DNA of 30,116 nucleotides from assembly GCA_045863855.1 (NCBI GenBank), contig BTVV01000074.1, positions 1 through 30,116 on the forward strand, written 5' to 3'. The stretch is from Planctomycetota bacterium (GTDB taxonomy: Bacteria; Planctomycetota; SZUA-567; H5-PLA8). The position numbers were made by a program, and so were the translations under genes. How positions within the stretch are numbered: the stretch's first letter is position 1; the number at the start of each line of letters is the position of its first letter. Below are positions 9,680-18,205 of this stretch, piece by piece. The notes below the pieces were generated by a model. The model saw only the letters and a list, made by a program, of their open reading frames with translations, ran no database searches and had not been told where the DNA came from.

Positions 9680-10585
9680 TTAGGCTCTATTTTTCCGATC
9701 CAAACGTTCCAGGAATTCGTCGAGCCAATCGGCGGCGCCGAGGTGGCGGCCGAAATGGGCGTGCGCTTCTTCGTCGCTGTGGTTATCGGTGCCGCCGACG
9801 GAGACAAGGCCGTGTTCCACGCAATAGGCGCGGTAGACGGGCGTGAATTCGGGCGGGACGCCGGGGTGCGCGCATTCGATGCCGTCGAGTTGGAGTTCGG
9901 CGCGCAGCGTATCCATGCGCGCGCGGTCGCCTTGGTCGAAATACCCGTGCGGGTGCGCGAGGGCGACGAGGACGCGGGCGGCTTTAAGCACGGGGACGAT
10001 TTCGGATGCGGGCGGATAGGGGGCGGGCTTGGTGAGCTTACGAATGCGAGCCCGCAGTTCGTCGTATCGATCTTCCGATCCGATGACGCCGCGTGCGACG
10101 AGGTACGCACGAAGGACGCCGTTTTTGATGTGCGTGGGCCCGTGCGCCGCCACGGCGTGCGCGGGGCGGTAGGTGAGCATGAGGCGGAGGCGGTCGGCTT
10201 CGGAGAACGGAAAGCCGAGGATTTCGAGGCCGCGCGAGATGGAAGCTCCGTTGGCGTGTTCCCATTTGCGTGAGGCTGCGAAGAGCGCGTCGAGCGCGGC
10301 GTGGGGGCCTTCGGGGATACCGTAGCAGAGCAGATCGACGCCGCCGATGGAGCACGAGACCGAGATTTCGGCGGCGCGGATGAGCCGGATTTCGGGGTAA
10401 GCGCGCGCGACGATCTGCAACTCGGGCCACGAGAGCAGGTGGTGATGCTCGGTGACCGCGAAAGCGCGGATTCCGAGTTCTCGGGCGCGGCGGAAGTACG
10501 TATCGGGGTGCGTGGCGGCGTCGTAGCTCCAGTAGGTGTGGTTGTGGAGGTCGAAGGGGGCGACGCTTGGGGCGAAGAAGGGCAT
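9680..10585 (-). CDS. PHP-domain metal-dependent phosphoesterase (TrpH/YciV-like)
   Basis: Motifs FDLHNHTYWSYD, AVTEHHH, AAEIS, LAHPH, LDGIECAHP, GGTDNH. RBS AGGAG. Confidence 0.85.
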   Translation of the reverse strand: MPFFAPSVAPFDLHNHTYWSYDAATHPDTYFRRARELGIRAFAVTEHHHLLSWPELQIVARAYPEIRLIRAAEISVSCSIGGVDLLCYGIPEGPHAALDALFAASRKWEHANGASISRGLEILGFPFSEADRLRLMLTYRPAHAVAAHGPTHIKNGVLRAYLVARGVIGSEDRYDELRARIRKLTKPAPYPPASEIVPVLKAARVLVALAHPHGYFDQGDRARMDTLRAELQLDGIECAHPGVPPEFTPVYRAYCVEHGLVSVGGTDNHSDEEAHAHFGRHLGAADWLDEFLERLDRKNRA

Positions 10586-10762
10586 GGGCGGGTTCTCCTG
10601 AGGTTTTCAGGATAGCGGGTGTGGAACGCGGGGCAATGCGGGAGCGGGGGTGGCCTACGCCAACGCCAAGAACCAAACAAACGGCAAGGGTCAATCGGCA
10701 AGCTGGGGCGGCGCATTGGGCGAGGGCGCGGCAGGTGATGGCCTAAAGTGAACGCAAGACTT

Positions 10763-11509
10763 TCATTGCGAGGAGGCGGCGTTGACCGCTGGCTGCCGCG
10801 CGAAGTAGGCCAGGCAGGCTTCGAGCGATTCTCCCGGAGCCTCGATATCGGCGCCGCCTCGCGTGACGATGCGCAGAATGGCACCGGCCGGACCTTGTTC
10901 ATCGTTCACGCCCCGGAGCGTGACGATGGCGGTCCAATCGCCCCTTGTGTCGGTGGCGACTACATGCCGAATGTGCCCGTTGCTTCGCACGGATTCGAAC
11001 GCGGCGGCTTGCACCAATCGAGCGGTATCCCACTGCTCTTCGTCGGCACGATAGGCCAGAAAGCTTCCATATTCGGGGTCGGTCGTTTTGCTCCTGCGTT
11101 CGTAGGTGACCAACGACTCACTGGACATCGCCAACCAGATGGTCTGATGGATCAACCCGATGCAAGCGATGCCGGCGGCGAAAAGGATCACGGTGAGCGC
11201 GGCGATGGAGGCGGTCCAGCGCGCCGGCCACGCGCGGCTTTCGCCTTTGCGCGCGGTGACTTCGCCGTATAACCAGCGCCCGAAAAGGTGGACGCCCGCG
11301 ATGAAGCCCGCCATGCAGAGTGCGAAGGTCAGGACCGCGCCGGTGTGCACGGAAACGCGGCCGGCCACCGATCCGAGAAAAGAGATCCAGCCGAAGAGCA
11401 GCGTAAACGGCACCAGGAACAGGCCGATGTCGCCTGTGAGCGCCACGAAGAGAAGCAGTACGCATACCAACAGCAACCACTTGAAAATATGACGGGCTCT
11501 ACTCGCCAT
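10763..11509 (-). CDS. Multi-pass membrane protein, hypothetical
   Basis: About four N-terminal hydrophobic helices followed by a soluble C-terminal domain. Its start overlaps the upstream gene's stop (11499-11509), suggesting translational coupling. Confidence 0.7.
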   Translation of the reverse strand: MASRARHIFKWLLLVCVLLLFVALTGDIGLFLVPFTLLFGWISFLGSVAGRVSVHTGAVLTFALCMAGFIAGVHLFGRWLYGEVTARKGESRAWPARWTASIAALTVILFAAGIACIGLIHQTIWLAMSSESLVTYERRSKTTDPEYGSFLAYRADEEQWDTARLVQAAAFESVRSNGHIRHVVATDTRGDWTAIVTLRGVNDEQGPAGAILRIVTRGGADIEAPGESLEACLAYFARQPAVNAASSQ

Positions 11510-12167
11510 CGTTTTGGGCCACCATTACCTTGAGCCTGCGGTCGATTTCGGTGGGATGCAGCGTGACGATTTCGAGATTGGTCAAGAGCACCGGGCGTTC
11601 GTCCTTGGGATTTCCCGGGGGATAAGCCAGAAGCCGCGGATGCTCGGTGTCCAGCCTCTGTCCGGCTACATAGATGAAGCGCAGGCCTTCCTGCCCGGCC
11701 CGCCATGCCGATTTCGGAATCTCTTCGACGAATTCATGCGCCGGAAACGCGCTGTCATGCGCGCTCGCGTACTTCTCGAGTTCATGAGCCAGCACGCGCA
11801 ACTGGACCTCTGCCAGCGCTTGCTGCGGCGAATGCGCGTCCTTGAGCCGATAGGTCGCTCCACGCTTTTCCCAAGCGCCGGGGGTCATCAGTTCGCGCGC
11901 GCCCGAGATCATCGTCAACACGGTCATGAACAACAGGCCGACGATCAGCGTTAGCCCCGCGGCTTTCAGGTAGGTCAGGCGAGGAAGGGAAGCAAAATCT
12001 TTCTGGAGCAGATTCCAAAGTGCCTGGACGCCCCACGCGCAAAGAGCGAACGCGAGCAGAAAGAAAGAGATCGCTTCGAGGCGCAGCTTGGGCACCTCGT
12101 TGATGACCATGATGGGCATGCCGGCCAGAAGCGGCCCGGCATAAAGAAGCTCGAAGCCCGCATGCAT
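11499..12167 (-). CDS. Conserved-looking membrane protein, hypothetical
   Basis: ATG 12167 with GGAGAA RBS. Two TM helices. Motifs RLEAISFF..LWN.L.KDF..LPRLTY and LTMISGARELMTPGAWEK. Confidence 0.75.
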   Translation of the reverse strand: MHAGFELLYAGPLLAGMPIMVINEVPKLRLEAISFFLLAFALCAWGVQALWNLLQKDFASLPRLTYLKAAGLTLIVGLLFMTVLTMISGARELMTPGAWEKRGATYRLKDAHSPQQALAEVQLRVLAHELEKYASAHDSAFPAHEFVEEIPKSAWRAGQEGLRFIYVAGQRLDTEHPRLLAYPPGNPKDERPVLLTNLEIVTLHPTEIDRRLKVMVAQNDGE

Positions 12168-12321
12168 AGGGATTCTCCAACACCTAATACGCAACTCCCA
12201 AGCAACGGTTCAGCTCGAACGCCGAAAACTCCACGAAGGTACAGACCCCATTAGTATACTTCCAATATGCATCGAAAAGGTTTCGGGGCCGTGTAAGGGT
12301 GTGAAGTAGAAACGGCCACTT

Positions 12322-12447
12322 TTACGGGTTGTTGAACAGCCACACCAGACCGGCGCCGGCGGCGCTGAGGAGGATCAGCGCCAGCAGGAGTTGGTGCCCG
12401 TTGTAGCGGAGCAGGTCTTCGAGATTCTTTTTACGGTGCCGAGGCAT
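12322..12447 (-). CDS. Small 41-aa single-TM protein (absent from the ORF track)
   Basis: My translation: MPRHRKKNLEDLLRYNGHQLLLALILLSAAGAGLVWLFNNP*. It has a basic N-terminus, one hydrophobic helix and GC-rich third positions. A promoter-like TTGCCA-16-TAGCGT (TG-extended) ends 6 nt before the ATG. Confidence 0.6.
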   Translation of the reverse strand: MPRHRKKNLEDLLRYNGHQLLLALILLSAAGAGLVWLFNNP

Positions 12448-12548
12448 ACTTGCACGCTAGCACGGCTTTTGAAGCTGGCAACGGCTAAGCGGAGCCCTCG
12501 CTTCAGAATGTTGTAACTTTAGTATCCCTCACGCATTGCGAATTAAAC

Positions 12549-14663
12549 CTACTCGCCGGCTTGCAATTCCGAGCGCTTGAGCGTGCGGTCGACGGGCGTG
12601 CTTCCGTCCACGTGATGCACGCGGATGCGGACGGTGGGGTCGGGAAGCGTGGTATCGAAATCGAGCGTCACGAAGCCCTGATCTTTGCTGTTGGCGATGC
12701 CGGACGAGACGATCTCGTGAAGCGTGTAGCCGGCGGTCTCGGCGGCGGGATGTTCGACGGTGCGGCAGTGGTGAACGTCGCCAGAAAGAAAGAGCAGGCC
12801 CCCGATCTTCTCTTCGCGGACGAACTTGAAGAGGCGGTCGCGTTCGCCGGGGTAGTTCATCCAGCAGTCGGCGGGGTTGAGGTTGAGCGTGCCGCCGGAG
12901 CAGAGCAGCTTGAAGCGGGCTTTCGACTGTTTGAGCGCGTTCGTAAGCCAGGCAAATTGCGCGGCGCCGAGTACGGTCTTCTGCTCGTCGTCGGGCGCGA
13001 AGTTGGGGCTCTTGTGGTAGCGGTTGTCGGTGACGAAGAGTTCCACGTCGCCCCACGCGAAGGTGTAAAAGACGCCGGGCGTATCGGGCAGGCCGTAGGC
13101 GGGGTTGGCGTAGAGCTCGATGAACGTACGCAGCGATTCTTCCTTGCCGGGCTCAAGGCCGCAGGAATCGTTGGGGCCGTAGTCGTGATCGTCCCAGGCG
13201 GCGATGGCGGGGATGCGCTTGAGGGCCGCGGCGTATTCGGGAACCTGGCGCTGCCAGAGGTGGCGGCGCCAGAGCGCTTCGCGGTCGGTGGTGTCGGCGT
13301 AGACGTTGTCGCCGAGCAGGAGCATAAAGGCGGGCTGCAGATCGAGCAGCTTCAGCCAGGGCGGCTGCTTGGGAAAGAGATCGGTGCGCATGCAGCTCGC
13401 GAAGGCCATGCCGAACTTCGCGGGGCTGCCGGGTTCGGGCGCGGTGCGGAAGCTGCCGGACCACGCGGTGTCGGTCTTATCGCCCTGCACGAGCCGGTAG
13501 ACGTAGGCGGTATCGGGCTTCAAGCCGGTGAGGCGCGCCTTAACGGAGTAGTCGCCGGCTCGTTCGGGGCGCATGGGCACTCGAAGCGCCGTGTCGGGTG
13601 CGGCGGCTTCGGCGCGGTATTCGGCTTCGAGCTTGGGATCGGGGCCGAGATAGGCCCAGAGCTGCGCTTCTTCGTGCATGACGGCGCCGACCATGGGCCC
13701 GACCAATCCTTCGGCCTTGGGAAATACGGGCTCGGGCGGAAGCTGGGCGAGTTCGCGGCCGTCGAGGCGCAGCGCAATGGGGCCGTGCGCGGCGACGGCG
13801 GGGAGTTCGAGCTTCAACCGTCCGCGCGCGCGGCCTTCGTGTTCGGCGAGCGGGATCTCGGCGAGCTGCGTTGCGCCTTGCGTGGCGACGAGCGGCTTGC
13901 CGAGCAGGGCCGGCGCGGCTTGGACGGTGACTTCGAGCGTGCGCGGAGCGGTGAAGACGGCGCGATAGACGGCATCGACCGGCGGGCTGGGCGCGGCGGC
14001 GAGGCGGACGCGGTGCATGTGCTGGCGGTTGCTGCTGACCCAGAGGCCCGGATACCACGCGGCGATGTGAAACGCACGCGCGGGTTCGTAGTCGTCGACG
14101 AAGATCTGCACGCCGATTTCGCGCCCCTCGGCAGGTTCGATATTCAGGTTGCTCCACGGGATGCGCGCTTCGATGCGGTAGCCGCCCTCGATTTTGGCGC
14201 GCTGGGCTTCGATGACGGGCGGTGCGGCCTTGAGCGCCGGATCCTTGCGGTAATCGCCGGGCGAGACGCGCAGCTCGGGAAACTTTTCGCCGAGACCGGG
14301 GCCGAGAAGAAACTGGACGAGCTGTTCGCCGTGGCGGCGGTCGGCTAAGTACAGTTCGACGCAATCGCGCTGCCAAAGGCGGCGCGCTTCGGGATGCTCG
14401 TGGTTCTCGTCGTCGAGGACCGTGACGAGCGCGAGAAGACCCTGGGCGTCCCAGGCAAGGCGAACGCGCGGATCGCAGTCGGCCGGCGGCTTGACGTGCT
14501 GGATGGGGCTGGCGAGGAGTTCGATGCGGAAGCCGCGTTCGCCCCAGTCGGCGGCATCCGCGTCGATGACCATGGCGTCGAGCTTGGGGATGTCGAAGAG
14601 CGGCGTTTCGTCCTGGGCGCGGATGAGGGTGCAGGAGGCGAGGAGCAGCAGAAGCAGGCGCAT
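12549..14663 (-). CDS. Secreted PhoD-family alkaline phosphatase with N-terminal CBM9/DOMON-like sugar-binding domain
   Basis: ATG 14663 with AAAGGA. Signal peptide. N-domain IDADAADW..RLAWD..DCVELYL..YRIEARIPW. Fn3-like LTGLKPDTAYVY. PhoD motifs FASC, LLLGDNVYAD, WDDHDY, DNRYHK, LSGDVH. Confidence 0.88.
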   Translation of the reverse strand: MRLLLLLLASCTLIRAQDETPLFDIPKLDAMVIDADAADWGERGFRIELLASPIQHVKPPADCDPRVRLAWDAQGLLALVTVLDDENHEHPEARRLWQRDCVELYLADRRHGEQLVQFLLGPGLGEKFPELRVSPGDYRKDPALKAAPPVIEAQRAKIEGGYRIEARIPWSNLNIEPAEGREIGVQIFVDDYEPARAFHIAAWYPGLWVSSNRQHMHRVRLAAAPSPPVDAVYRAVFTAPRTLEVTVQAAPALLGKPLVATQGATQLAEIPLAEHEGRARGRLKLELPAVAAHGPIALRLDGRELAQLPPEPVFPKAEGLVGPMVGAVMHEEAQLWAYLGPDPKLEAEYRAEAAAPDTALRVPMRPERAGDYSVKARLTGLKPDTAYVYRLVQGDKTDTAWSGSFRTAPEPGSPAKFGMAFASCMRTDLFPKQPPWLKLLDLQPAFMLLLGDNVYADTTDREALWRRHLWQRQVPEYAAALKRIPAIAAWDDHDYGPNDSCGLEPGKEESLRTFIELYANPAYGLPDTPGVFYTFAWGDVELFVTDNRYHKSPNFAPDDEQKTVLGAAQFAWLTNALKQSKARFKLLCSGGTLNLNPADCWMNYPGERDRLFKFVREEKIGGLLFLSGDVHHCRTVEHPAAETAGYTLHEIVSSGIANSKDQGFVTLDFDTTLPDPTVRIRVHHVDGSTPVDRTLKRSELQAGE

Positions 14664-14768
14664 GGTGAATTCCTTTTCAGGACAAAAGACAAACGTCAAA
14701 CTACAAGAACCAAACAAACTTCAAACTGCAAACGAATGGCACTGAGGTGCGCTGCGCGCCGTTTAGGG

Positions 14769-14804
14769 CACCTCCCCTACCCCTCCTTGGCAAGGAGGGG
14801 AAAC
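14769..14804. repeat. REP-like palindromic element, copy 1
   Basis: CACCTCCCCTACCCCTCCTTGGCAAGGAGGGGAAAC with a 9-bp stem at 14780-14788/14792-14800. It is 31/36 identical to 16729-16764. Confidence 0.75.
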
Positions 14805-14851
14805 GGCAAGGACAAAGGCAAACCTAATTTCGGAAAGAAATGCGCGCTAAA

Positions 14852-15460
14852 TCAGGCTCGGCGGCGGGCGATGAAGCGGTAAATGGGACGGCCGGCGATC
14901 ATGTATTTCGCTTCGAAGTTCGTGCGGCCTCGAGGCGCGTCGGGCCAGGGTTCGGGGTGCGGCGTGACGTCCAGTTCGGCGCGCAGGACAGGTTCGGCTT
15001 CCTCGCAATAGTCGCGGTGATCGGTGGCGAAATAGAGTACGCCCTCGGGCGCGAGCGTACGCTTGAGCTGCTGAACGAAGGCGGGCTTGATCAGGCGGCG
15101 TTTACGATGCCGCGCCTTGGGCCAGGGATCGGGAAAGTAGATGTGGTAGGCGCTGACGGAGGCGTCGGGAAAGCAGCTCGCGACAAGATCCGCACCGTCG
15201 GTGCGGACGACCTTCAGGTTCGGGAGGCGGCGCTTCGCGACGCGTTCTTTCATCGTATAGAAATAGTGTCCGGCGGTTTCGATGCCCAGCCAATCCATCT
15301 CGGGGTGGCGTTCGGCTTCTCCGATGACGAAGCGGCCGCCGCCGCTGCCGATTTCGACGCCCAGCGGCGCGCGGCGTCCGAAGATGAGCGCCCAATCGAG
15401 GGGCAACGGGAGCTGGCCGGGCAAGAGTTCGGGATCGAAGACCGCTTCAGACGCCGCCAA
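14852..15460 (-). CDS. trmB: tRNA (guanine-N7)-methyltransferase
   Basis: Motifs VEIGSGGGRF, WLGIE, YFPDPWPKARHRKRRLI, FATDHRDY, TNFEAKY. Likely TTG start at 15460 with GGAGG 8 nt upstream, overlapping the xseB stop. Confidence 0.92.
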   Translation of the reverse strand: MAASEAVFDPELLPGQLPLPLDWALIFGRRAPLGVEIGSGGGRFVIGEAERHPEMDWLGIETAGHYFYTMKERVAKRRLPNLKVVRTDGADLVASCFPDASVSAYHIYFPDPWPKARHRKRRLIKPAFVQQLKRTLAPEGVLYFATDHRDYCEEAEPVLRAELDVTPHPEPWPDAPRGRTNFEAKYMIAGRPIYRFIARRRA

Positions 15461-15869
15461 AGAGCCTGCCTCCGTCGTCTTTCGGCTTCGCGTCTTCCTT
15501 CCGGCGGCCGGCGCGATCGGCGCCGCGGCGCCCGCGGCCTCGATCGGAGGGCGGATCGGCCTCGTCTTCGGCGTCGGCATCGCCGGCTTCTTCGGGGTCC
15601 GGATCCTCGTCGTCGCCGGCGTCGAGGTCCTTCAGGACCGGCTTGCCGTCGGGACCGGTGACGAGTTCCTTGAGGCGCTTCTCGGCCTGATTGAGGATGC
15701 CGTGGCACTGCTTAAGCGCCTTCACGCCGCGTTCGTAGAGCGCGAGGCTCTCGTCGAGCGGCTTGTCGCCGGTCTCGAGCAGTCGGACGATTTCTTCGAG
15801 TTCGGCGAGCCGATCTTCGAAGGCTTCGGCCGGTTCGGATCCGGCGGGCTTGGCATTTTTCTTGCTCAT
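15447..15869 (-). CDS. xseB: Exodeoxyribonuclease VII small subunit with long acidic C-terminal tail
   Basis: FEDRLAELEEIVRLLETGDKPLDESLALYERGVKALKQCHGILNQAEKRL. Confidence 0.93.
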   Translation of the reverse strand: MSKKNAKPAGSEPAEAFEDRLAELEEIVRLLETGDKPLDESLALYERGVKALKQCHGILNQAEKRLKELVTGPDGKPVLKDLDAGDDEDPDPEEAGDADAEDEADPPSDRGRGRRGADRAGRRKEDAKPKDDGGRLFGGV

Positions 15870-15953
15870 GGCGGGGCCGTTGTACCGGAAAGTGCGCGGC
15901 GCGCAACGCGCGGGCGGGAGTTCTGATCTTGGCTGGAACGGCGGCGGTACCGT

Positions 15954-16676
15954 CTAGCCGCGCATCGCGGGTTGGCCGGCAAGTTGGCGCTCGATCTCTT
16001 CGATGGCCAGCGGGAGATGCTGCTGCGCTTGCTGCATCACGGGATAGCGATGCCCGGGCAGAAGGACACCGAAGGATTCGTCGCGCAGGCGCAGGAGCGA
16101 TTGGCGGAAGACCGCGCGATCGGCGTCGGGGTTGAGGAAGACGGTGACTTTACCGCCCCAGTAAAAGAGATCGCCGCCGGCCAGGACGCGTGCGCCGTCG
16201 AGTTCGGCGAAGAATCCGAACATATGCGCGCAGTGGCCGGGAAGGTGGATCGCGGTGAGTTCGAGTCCGGCGGCCGCGAAGGTTTCGCGGTCGGCGATGC
16301 GCACGTCCGGCGGCGTGGGATCGATGCGGTATCCGTCGGGCCGGGCATCTGGCGCGTATTGCCCTCCACGCAACATGTATTCGGCCGCGCCTTCGGGCGC
16401 GTAAATCTTCGCGCCGGTTCGTTCGCGCCAGTAGTTGGCGCCTTTGACGTGATCCCAGTGCGCGTGAGTGATCACGATGGCCTTGATCTCGTGCGGCTTC
16501 ACGCCGTCCCAAGCCAGTTGGCGTTCGATCAACTCGGGCCGCTCGCCGCAACCGGCGTCGATCATGGCGTAGCCGCCGGGTCCTCGGAGCAGGTAGACGT
16601 TGCAATCGCCGGCGGCGGTGAAGCCGGGTCCGACACTGCCGCCGCCGATCCAGTAGACCGATTCCGAAAGCCGCAT
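15954..16676 (-). CDS. MBL-fold metallo-hydrolase
   Basis: ATG 16676 with AAAGGAG. Motifs MIDAG, THAHWDH (HxHxDH), LPGHC, AGGDL, LPGH. Confidence 0.9.
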   Translation of the reverse strand: MRLSESVYWIGGGSVGPGFTAAGDCNVYLLRGPGGYAMIDAGCGERPELIERQLAWDGVKPHEIKAIVITHAHWDHVKGANYWRERTGAKIYAPEGAAEYMLRGGQYAPDARPDGYRIDPTPPDVRIADRETFAAAGLELTAIHLPGHCAHMFGFFAELDGARVLAGGDLFYWGGKVTVFLNPDADRAVFRQSLLRLRDESFGVLLPGHRYPVMQQAQQHLPLAIEEIERQLAGQPAMRG

Positions 16677-16728
16677 GGATACGCTCCTTTTAGGAATAGA
16701 GTTCGCGCTTCGCGCGGGTGGTTGCGTC

Positions 16729-16764
16729 CACCTCCCCTGCTCCGCCTTGGCCAGGAGGGGATAC
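16729..16764. repeat. REP-like palindromic element, copy 2 (degenerate)
   Basis: CACCTCCCCTGCTCCGCCTTGGCCAGGAGGGGATAC between xseA and the MBL gene, with 5 mismatches to copy 1. Confidence 0.7.
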
Positions 16765-16799
16765 GAATTATGGCGCAGGGCGCCGCGCTCCATGCTCGG

Positions 16800-18062
16800 T
16801 CAGCCACCGGGTTCGAGGCGTTCGACTTTCGAGATCACGCGCCCGTCGCGCAGGCGGGTGACGAGTTCGGTTCCTGTGGGCGCGTCGGCCAGACCTCGAA
16901 CCATGCGTCCGTCGGCGCGCTGGGTGACGGAGTAGCCGCGTTCGAGTACGCGCAGCGGCGAGAGCGCGTCGAGGCGCGCGGCGAGGGCGCCGATGCGTTC
17001 GGCGGCGTCGCGGCGCATGCGGCGTTCGCCGAGGCTCAGGCGTTCCTGGAGTTCGTCGAGGCGCTGGCGGTGCTGCTGGAGACGTTCTTCGGGATGGCGC
17101 AGGGCCCAGCTTCCGGCGAGGGCGCGGAGGCGTTCGCGGGCGCGTTCGACGCGGGCGACGAGGGCTTCGGGGAGCGCGGCTTGGAGGCGGTTCAGGTGTT
17201 CGAGCACCGCCGCGTATTCGGGCACGACAAGTTCGCCGGCCTGGCTGGGCGTGGCGGCGCGAACGTCGGCGACGAAATCGGCGATGGTGAAATCGACCTC
17301 GTGCCCCACGGCGCTGACGACGGGAATCTCGGAGTCGGCGATGGCGCGGGCGACGACTTCCTCGTTGAAGGCCCAGAGATCCTCGAGGCTGCCGCCGCCG
17401 CGGCCGACGATCATCACATCGGCGCAGCGCGCGGCGTTGACGGCGCGGATGGCGGCGGCGATTTTCGACGCCGCGCCCTCGCCCTGCACGGGGACGGGCG
17501 CGACGATGAGTTCGAGCTTCGGCCAGCGCCGCGCGATGACTTTGAACAGGTCGCGGATCGCCGCTCCGCTGGGGCTGGTGACGAGCGCGATACGGCGCGG
17601 ATAAAGCGGGAGCGGCCGTTTGCGGCCGGGATCGAAGAGGCCTTCGGCTTCGAGCTTGGCTTTGAGGGCTTCGAAGGCCGCGGCGAGCGCGCCGACGCCG
17701 GAGGCTTCCAAGCGTTCGACGACGAGCTGGTATTGCCCGCGCGGCTCGTAGACGCTCACCCGCCCCTGCGCGAGCACCTGCATCCCGTCGCGGGGTTCGA
17801 AGCGGAGTTTCGCGGCGGCGCTGCGCCAGAGGACGCACGAGAGCTGCGCGGCGGCGTCCTTGAGCGTGAAGTAGCAGTGCCCGCTGGTGTAGGTTTTGAA
17901 GTTGGAGATCTCGCCTTCGACCCAGAGCGGAGGAAGCTGGCCTTCGAGCAGGCCTTTGATGCGGCGAGTCAGGTCGGAGACGCTGAGCGCTTCGCGTTCG
18001 GGCGGATCCCCGCCGGACTTGGAGGATCTGCGGACCGGATCGAAGAGGCCGCCGTGGCGCAT
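16800..18062 (-). CDS. xseA: Exodeoxyribonuclease VII large subunit
   Basis: Motifs LWVEGEISNFK..SGHCYFTLKD, YEPRGQYQL, TSPSGAAIRD, GRGGGSLEDLWAFNEE, SAVGHEVDFTIADFVADVRAATPS, LSPLRVLERGYS. ATG 18062 chosen as start (uncertain). Confidence 0.96.
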   Translation of the reverse strand: MRHGGLFDPVRRSSKSGGDPPEREALSVSDLTRRIKGLLEGQLPPLWVEGEISNFKTYTSGHCYFTLKDAAAQLSCVLWRSAAAKLRFEPRDGMQVLAQGRVSVYEPRGQYQLVVERLEASGVGALAAAFEALKAKLEAEGLFDPGRKRPLPLYPRRIALVTSPSGAAIRDLFKVIARRWPKLELIVAPVPVQGEGAASKIAAAIRAVNAARCADVMIVGRGGGSLEDLWAFNEEVVARAIADSEIPVVSAVGHEVDFTIADFVADVRAATPSQAGELVVPEYAAVLEHLNRLQAALPEALVARVERARERLRALAGSWALRHPEERLQQHRQRLDELQERLSLGERRMRRDAAERIGALAARLDALSPLRVLERGYSVTQRADGRMVRGLADAPTGTELVTRLRDGRVISKVERLEPGG

Positions 18063-18068
18063 AAAGAG

Positions 18069-18103
18069 ACGGTAATCGGTGAACGGTGAACAGTAAACAG
18101 GAA
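18069..18103. repeat. Degenerate heptamer tandem repeat (5 units)
   Basis: ACGGTAA TCGGTGA ACGGTGA ACAGTAA ACAGGAA. Confidence 0.7.
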
Positions 18104-18205
18104 GGGCAACGACTTGCACGCGCGGGAGGGACGATCTAGCCGTGTCCGATTTTCGCGGGGAGGTTCAGGGAGCCGCTGGGTTGACAGCGTGCACCGATTA
18201 CCGAA

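Noticed and set aside
15954..16676. True metallo-beta-lactamase resistance gene
   Set aside because: No signal peptide and only generic MBL-fold motifs, so the substrate cannot be assigned.
15972..18089. Long antisense ORFs (705 aa here; also 4311..6089, 12561..14348, 24502..26214)
   Set aside because: They mirror well-supported genes on the opposite strand, as expected from GC3 bias.
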